Shown: in pieces, positions 26,145 to 30,537 of the stretch
Numbering within the stretch: position 1 is the stretch's first letter
Layout: every line of letters begins with the position of its first letter
Source of the DNA: Bdellovibrionota bacterium
GTDB taxonomy: Bacteria > Bdellovibrionota_C > UBA2361 > OMII01
Reading direction: 5' to 3'
Length of the DNA stretch: 30,537 bases
Assembly (NCBI GenBank): GCA_044356215.1
Contig: JBIKWQ010000042.1
Location: 1 to 30,537 of the forward strand
Notes under the pieces: generated by a model
What the model was told of the DNA's origin: nothing
Seen by the model: only the letters and a program-made list of their open reading frames with translations
Databases searched by the model: none
Position numbers and translations under genes: made by a program

Positions 26145-27011
26145 ATGAGCAGTCCTTTAGAGTCTTTATTGCAACGCTATAAACTTCAAAACTCGCGGGA
26201 TTACGAGAACGCCTTAAAGGAAGTCATTCAGGAGCTCGCGTTGATTGGACTATCGCGCGCTGATTTTTTTAATCGTGCGGCTTTTTACGGCGGCACAGCG
26301 CTTCGTATATTTCATGGCTTATCACGGTTTTCAGAGGATCTCGATTTTACCCTTTTAGAGAATGATCCAGGGTTTTCTTTAAAGTCATATTTCGGGTCTG
26401 TGCGTGAAAGCTTGAGGGCCTTTGGCTTAGAGGTGGAGATTGAGGAGGTGTGCAAGCAGAGAGATAGCCAAATCGAATCAGCATTCCTCAAGGGAAATAC
26501 CCGAATGCACCTCTTGCAGATTCGCGGTGCTGATCGAGTAGCCAAGCGCATACCATTAAATAAAACAATCAAAGTGAAGTTTGAAGTCGATGTCCAACCG
26601 GCGACCGGCTTCACCACTGAGGTAAAATTTCTCCTGCCACCTTTAACGTCATCTGTTCGAATTCTTACGCCGCCGTCCCTCTTTGCCGGAAAGATGCATG
26701 CCGTTCTCTTCAGGGGCTGGAACACCAGAGTCAAGGGGCGGGATTTTTATGATCTACTTTGGTATCTAGGCCAGAGGATTCCATTGCAACTCTCTTACCT
26801 AGAGGCGAAAATGATTGAAGGTAATCAGTGGGATCCTGGTAAGACGCTCACGAGAGGAGAACTTGTTACGCTCCTGAAGAATCGATTCGAAGGAATTGAT
26901 TTCTCAAGCGCCGCCGCGGAGGTTGCTCCATTCTTGAGAGATTTTGAAGAAGTCAGCCTCTGGAGCAGGAAGCTCTTTCTGGGGGCGATTGACTCGATTT
27001 TAATTGAGTAA
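26145..27011 (+). CDS. abiEii: Type IV TA toxin, AbiEii/AbiGii nucleotidyltransferase
   Basis: AFYGGTALRIFHGLSRFSEDLDF, KVKFEVD, AGKMHA, RVKGRDFYDL. A TTG start at 26139 is an alternative. Confidence 0.92.
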   Translation: MSSPLESLLQRYKLQNSRDYENALKEVIQELALIGLSRADFFNRAAFYGGTALRIFHGLSRFSEDLDFTLLENDPGFSLKSYFGSVRESLRAFGLEVEIEEVCKQRDSQIESAFLKGNTRMHLLQIRGADRVAKRIPLNKTIKVKFEVDVQPATGFTTEVKFLLPPLTSSVRILTPPSLFAGKMHAVLFRGWNTRVKGRDFYDLLWYLGQRIPLQLSYLEAKMIEGNQWDPGKTLTRGELVTLLKNRFEGIDFSSAAAEVAPFLRDFEEVSLWSRKLFLGAIDSILIE

Positions 27012-27018
27012 GGTAAAT

Positions 27019-27780
27019 ATGACACGAATCGGCATCATCGCGGCGCTACCAAAAGAGTTTGGTCGTTTGGCAGAGATATTCAACTGTACAAAGAGTGAGT
27101 CAATCGGCCCACGTGTGTTTAGCCGTGGGTCGTTTGGATCAACAGAATTGGTGTTGGTCGTGTCAAACGTAGGAAAAGTAGCCGCGGCCACTACAACTAC
27201 TTTGTTGATCGACCGCTTCGATGTTGAATCGGTTGTGTGTGTCGGAGTGGCCGGTGGAGTAGGAGAGGGTGTTGGCATCGGAGATCTGGTGATAGCTGAG
27301 CATCTCGTGCAACACGATATGGATTGCAAGGGAGTGCTTGGATTTAGTCGATATGTCATTCCCTCTCTGGCGGTGTCCCAATTGCCGACCAACTCTGAAT
27401 TAACAGAAGCGGCATTAGCGGCTGCAGAGAGTGTTGTTAATGACGTGTCATATCGTGATGCAGTATTAGAGCTCGCCAAAAGGGAACCCGTGATGCGCTA
27501 TGGAGTGGTAGCGAGTGGTGATCAATTTGTCGACCAGGCTAGTGACCGTCAACGACTTACCGCCGATATTCCGGGATTACTCGCGGTAGAGATGGAAGGA
27601 GCTGCGATAGGGCAGGTGTGTGTTGAGCATGGAGTTCCGTTTGTAGTGGCGCGGGTTATTTCAGATACAGTTACAGGAGACGCCGCGGGGGATTTCGCGA
27701 CCTTCATTGAAAAGGCTGCAGCCGTAGCCTCAGCGCGTTTTGCAAGAGATTTTATCGAGCGTATTTCGCTTCCAAAGTAG
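27019..27780 (+). CDS. mtnN: 5'-methylthioadenosine/S-adenosylhomocysteine nucleosidase
   Basis: IGIIAALPKE, VGKVAAA, GVAGG, GDLVI, QHDMD, SGDQFV, AVEMEGAAIGQVC, RVISD; ATG at 27019 after AAGGT. Confidence 0.92.
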   Translation: MTRIGIIAALPKEFGRLAEIFNCTKSESIGPRVFSRGSFGSTELVLVVSNVGKVAAATTTTLLIDRFDVESVVCVGVAGGVGEGVGIGDLVIAEHLVQHDMDCKGVLGFSRYVIPSLAVSQLPTNSELTEAALAAAESVVNDVSYRDAVLELAKREPVMRYGVVASGDQFVDQASDRQRLTADIPGLLAVEMEGAAIGQVCVEHGVPFVVARVISDTVTGDAAGDFATFIEKAAAVASARFARDFIERISLPK

Positions 27781-27791
27781 ATTCTTGGACC

Positions 27792-27813
27792 GCGGCGCTC
27801 CCGCGCCGCTTAT
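27792..27813 (+). terminator. GC-rich hairpin after mtnN (terminator or REP-like)
   Basis: GCGGCGC-TCCC-GCGCCGC followed by TTAT. Confidence 0.45.
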
Positions 27814-27905
27814 GATACTAAGATCGTTGATTAAACGTATCTACTCACCGAATTTTCGTACCGTCGCGTTGGCGGAACTTGCTCAGTAGTTACGTTTGAA
27901 CAACA

Positions 27906-28511
27906 CTAGTTATCCGAACTGCTACTTCGAGCAAACGCGAGTAATGGCATGATATCACCTTTATCGGCTACTCTAAGAGCCTGTATATACCTAGACCTAG
28001 TTCCAGAGGGGATCTCTAATAGGCCCTGCCCCCAAGAGAATTCCTTTCCTCCATTTGAGAGTAAAAGAATATCGGCAGCCAGGCGCGCGTGCCTTCCATT
28101 TCCGTTAGGAAAAGCATGAATCTTGACTAAGCGGTGATGGAAACGCACGGCACATTCATCTATATAATAGCTTCGGTGTGAGATCTGTGCTTTTACATCC
28201 TCGCACAACTCGTGAAGGGCTATCGGAATCTGGAACCAGGAAACTCCGAGATTCTTCTCGCTTTGACGAAATTGACCCGACCAGGTCCAGACATCATCGA
28301 ACATTTTTTGGTGAAGTAGGCATAAGCTTTCAGATGAGAGTATCCCAGACTTTAACTTGCGATTACGGGGTGAAAGAGCCCACTGACGGGCCTTTAATAT
28401 GTTCGCTTCCTCCCGCGCATTAAGCTCTGATTGCAAGGCGATATTCGGTATGAGCCCAGCCGCCTCATTTGGATCCAGCGGTGTAGCACCAGGTGGATAT
28501 GCAATCTTCAC
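27906..28511 (-). CDS. Mobile mystery protein B (Fic domain)
   Basis: GATPLDPNE N-terminus, LHQKMFDDVWTWSGQFR, Fic motif HAFPNGNGRHAR, YIQALRVAD; GTG start overlaps the upstream stop (TAGTG). Confidence 0.9.
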   Translation of the reverse strand: MKIAYPPGATPLDPNEAAGLIPNIALQSELNAREEANILKARQWALSPRNRKLKSGILSSESLCLLHQKMFDDVWTWSGQFRQSEKNLGVSWFQIPIALHELCEDVKAQISHRSYYIDECAVRFHHRLVKIHAFPNGNGRHARLAADILLLSNGGKEFSWGQGLLEIPSGTRSRYIQALRVADKGDIMPLLAFARSSSSDN

Positions 28512-28981
28512 TAATCATTCTCCCAGATGACAGGATCGAGCCGAGCTATTAATTCTTCAGCTAACAGTTCTTCGCTGTCGTTTGCGGCTTGTTGATCAAG
28601 AGACTGATCTTCAAGTGACATCGAATGCGCGACTGGTTTGCGAAGCTGTGCCGCCGCTGAGCGAGCGCGTTTATTGACTGTGGTATCGAGGGACTCGTGA
28701 GGAACAAGGGCATATACTACACGACATCCCAATTTTTCAGCTACGCGATCCAATGAAGATAAAGTTATAGTTCGCTTCGCTTCAGAGAGCTCCATACGAG
28801 TAACGGAGCTAGGATCGACACCAAGCCGCCTGGCGAGTTGTTGGCCAGTCATTCCGAGAGATTCTCGGATGCTAAAGAGCCAGCCCTTCTGGGGAGTAGT
28901 AAAGGGGAGTCCCGCAATGGCTGAAGTTTGTCGGTCCAGCTCCCGACGCCGTCGCTTTGCTCTTTGGCCACGAGTGTTCAT
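28511..28981 (-). CDS. Mobile mystery protein A (XRE-family HTH)
   Basis: PQKGWLFSIRESLGMTGQQLARRLGV...ELSE...ITLSSL...YALVP...HSMSLEDQ; paired with the Fic partner. Confidence 0.9.
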   Translation of the reverse strand: MNTRGQRAKRRRRELDRQTSAIAGLPFTTPQKGWLFSIRESLGMTGQQLARRLGVDPSSVTRMELSEAKRTITLSSLDRVAEKLGCRVVYALVPHESLDTTVNKRARSAAAQLRKPVAHSMSLEDQSLDQQAANDSEELLAEELIARLDPVIWEND

Positions 28982-29013
28982 ATTGAGCTAGGATGCAAAA
29001 ATAAATGAATAGG

Positions 29014-29061
29014 ATTGCAGTATAATGCAATTAGTAAGCTTTGTAAATGCAATTTAATGCA
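29014..29061 (-). promoter_or_regulatory. Sigma70-type promoter of the mystery A/B operon overlapped by TGCA-N6-TGCA palindromes
   Basis: The minus strand reads TTTACA-N17-TATACT. The -10 lies inside ATTGCA-N6-TGCAAT (29014-29031), and a second TGCA-N6-TGCA at 29048-29061 abuts the -35. Confidence 0.65.
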
Positions 29062-29135
29062 AGTATAGCAATTTCGGTATCTTAATTGTAGCCCTTAATG
29101 AGTAGAGAAGCGAAGAGAGACCAGACAGCCACCCC

Positions 29136-29645
29136 CTACGGCCAAAGCCCCCCAAAAGGCCGAATAGGTTGCCCGAGCGCATCATTTGGCAGGATCTGGG
29201 TCTTCGTCTCCGTCACAGTTTTTGGACCCCCTAGTAGCTGCCCAAGTGGATCGGCTCTCTCATAGGTAGAAGTTACAGCGCTATATCCAGTATTCCATCC
29301 AGCGCTGTTTCTCTCGCTATCATAAAAGCCCCCAAATCGACTAGGGTTTCCAAATAAATCGTTAGGCACAACTCGAGTCGTTGTTTCGTGGATAGTGTCA
29401 CTGCCACCAAGAGATCTCCCCAGGATATTTGGCCGCTCTGAATTAGTTGTGATAGCTGAGTACCCCGTGTTCCACCCCAAACTGTTTCGCTCTCCAGGCC
29501 TCAACACGCTTGGATCGATCGGCACAACTGTCACTACACCATTACCCGACCCAAAAGCCGACGATTGGGCGAGGGCTGGATTATCCAAACACACACAGGC
29601 GCATATGATTGCAAACGTCGAAATAACCCTAATAATCCGTCTCAT
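29136..29645 (-). CDS. Secreted hypothetical protein with two tandem 50-aa repeats
   Basis: ATG at 29645 after GGAGAG; signal peptide ending ALA; ERNSxGWNTGYSA...PNDxxGxP occurs twice. Confidence 0.75.
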   Translation of the reverse strand: MRRIIRVISTFAIICACVCLDNPALAQSSAFGSGNGVVTVVPIDPSVLRPGERNSLGWNTGYSAITTNSERPNILGRSLGGSDTIHETTTRVVPNDLFGNPSRFGGFYDSERNSAGWNTGYSAVTSTYERADPLGQLLGGPKTVTETKTQILPNDALGQPIRPFGGLWP

Positions 29646-29850
29646 AACTCTCCATGACACAAAATAAGATGCTATCTAATAAAGCCTCTCATAGCGCCGA
29701 GGCGTAAATCCAGCAGGTGTGTCATGGGGTGGGTTAGGTGTGATGCCCAGATAAATCGTATTAGGCAAGACCCGTCTCATCTGTTGATACACTGAGTTGA
29801 GTTTAGTCCCATGCTGTGAGAGGGTGCGGCGTTATTTGAGGAGAAAATCT

Positions 29851-30279
29851 ATGAAAGCTCGTATTACTGCATTTGTAATTTGCCTTATAACTTCGAGCGC
29901 GCACGCGGTTCCGAATGGATGTTTTATTACCGAATATGGCAGTTCCTGTTATGCCGGCCAATTTTTGGTATCCGACTGCGACCAGTGGAACATGACATCT
30001 TATTACTTTGGCAATTATGTCTCATCGATGTGCAGTTATGTAAATGCGACCGAAAGATCTCTCGCAAGCTGTGAGGTTGGGTATGAGTCCTGTGTCGCTA
30101 ATTTTAACACCGCCATCGCCCAGCGGAACTCCTGCGCTGCTGATAAAGATAGTTGCCTCGCGACTGCCGCAAGCATCGAAGCTAATCGTCAGCAGTGGAT
30201 AGCCTACGCCGGCAAGCGTAACACATTGGTGACTAAGCTCTATAAGGCGTGTGGCTCAAAATGTAGAAAGATCAAATAG
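29851..30279 (+). CDS. Small secreted Cys-rich hypothetical protein with coiled-coil-like C-terminal half
   Basis: GAGGAG RBS; signal peptide ending AHA; about 10 Cys in the mature part; ends LYKACGSKCRKIK. Confidence 0.75.
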   Translation: MKARITAFVICLITSSAHAVPNGCFITEYGSSCYAGQFLVSDCDQWNMTSYYFGNYVSSMCSYVNATERSLASCEVGYESCVANFNTAIAQRNSCAADKDSCLATAASIEANRQQWIAYAGKRNTLVTKLYKACGSKCRKIK

Positions 30280-30410
30280 CGCGAGAGAACGGCCATTTTA
30301 TGGGCAATTACGGGGTTTTTTCCGTGTCCTCTGCGTCCTCTGTGGTAAAAAATATTTTACTAATTGTCTCAGTAACTTACCAAAAACACTGCGACACCCC
30401 GAACCGGGAG

Positions 30411-30537
30411 TAGGGCTTCGCAGCCCCACCCCCAACCGCCTAGAATAGCGATACTTTTATAAACACTTGCCCTTAGTGAGAAAATAAAATAGGCTCGACC
30501 TTGCGAAGGAGCGCAAAGTCTATGAGCACGATAGATA
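30411..30537 (+). repeat. Terminal inverted repeat copy 2 (probable IS-like left end with promoter, RBS and ORF start running off the window)
   Basis: Inverse of 1-127. Contains hairpin GGGCT-TCGC-AGCCC, TTGCCC-N17-TAGGCT, AAGGAG and ATG AGC ACG ATA GAT. Confidence 0.9.

Noticed and set aside
30321..30360. Short GTCCTCTG tandem plus GTAAAA...TTTTAC palindrome, REP-like
   Set aside because: Single short occurrence in the window; it cannot be supported as a repeat family without the rest of the genome.
1..30537. Linear plasmid or phage genome with terminal inverted repeats
   Set aside because: It contains a chromosomal tRNA with an integrated island and mtnN, has no terminal-protein polymerase, protelomerase or virion genes, and the repeats run into an ORF start cut by the window edge. 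This fits a contig broken at repeats.

Overview
Bacterial chromosomal segment, probably a whole contig. Its two ends carry the same 127-bp sequence in inverted orientation (126/127 identical), most likely the left end of a multicopy IS-like element. The left flank (146-5695) encodes two Gly/Cys-rich secreted proteins, a divergent three-gene operon of exported proteins faintly resembling F-type TraU/TrbC/TraW, and a FliG-fragment-like ORF. A ~19.5-kb island (5871-25339) is integrated in a tRNA(CAT) gene and is bounded by a perfect 45-bp att duplication and matching 20-bp arm-type repeats. It carries a tyrosine integrase, an excisionase-like HTH protein, a DUF3987/YfjI-type NTPase and an iteron-like inverted repeat, but no virion or conjugation genes, so it looks satellite-like. 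Its cargo is a tightly packed five-gene defence-type operon: a 1.7k-aa YprA/DUF1998 helicase with a C-terminal Vsr/DUF559-like nuclease, an SNF2 (DrmD-like) helicase, a large N6-adenine methyltransferase, a degenerate PD-(D/E)xK-like protein and a DUF4238 protein. This is a DISARM-related (probably ARMADA-like) system lacking DrmC. Two small envelope-protein genes follow on the opposite strand. Right of attR are an AbiEi/AbiEii type IV TA pair, mtnN, mobile mystery proteins A/B (XRE + Fic) and two small secreted proteins. All family calls come from reading motifs by eye; no database searches were run.
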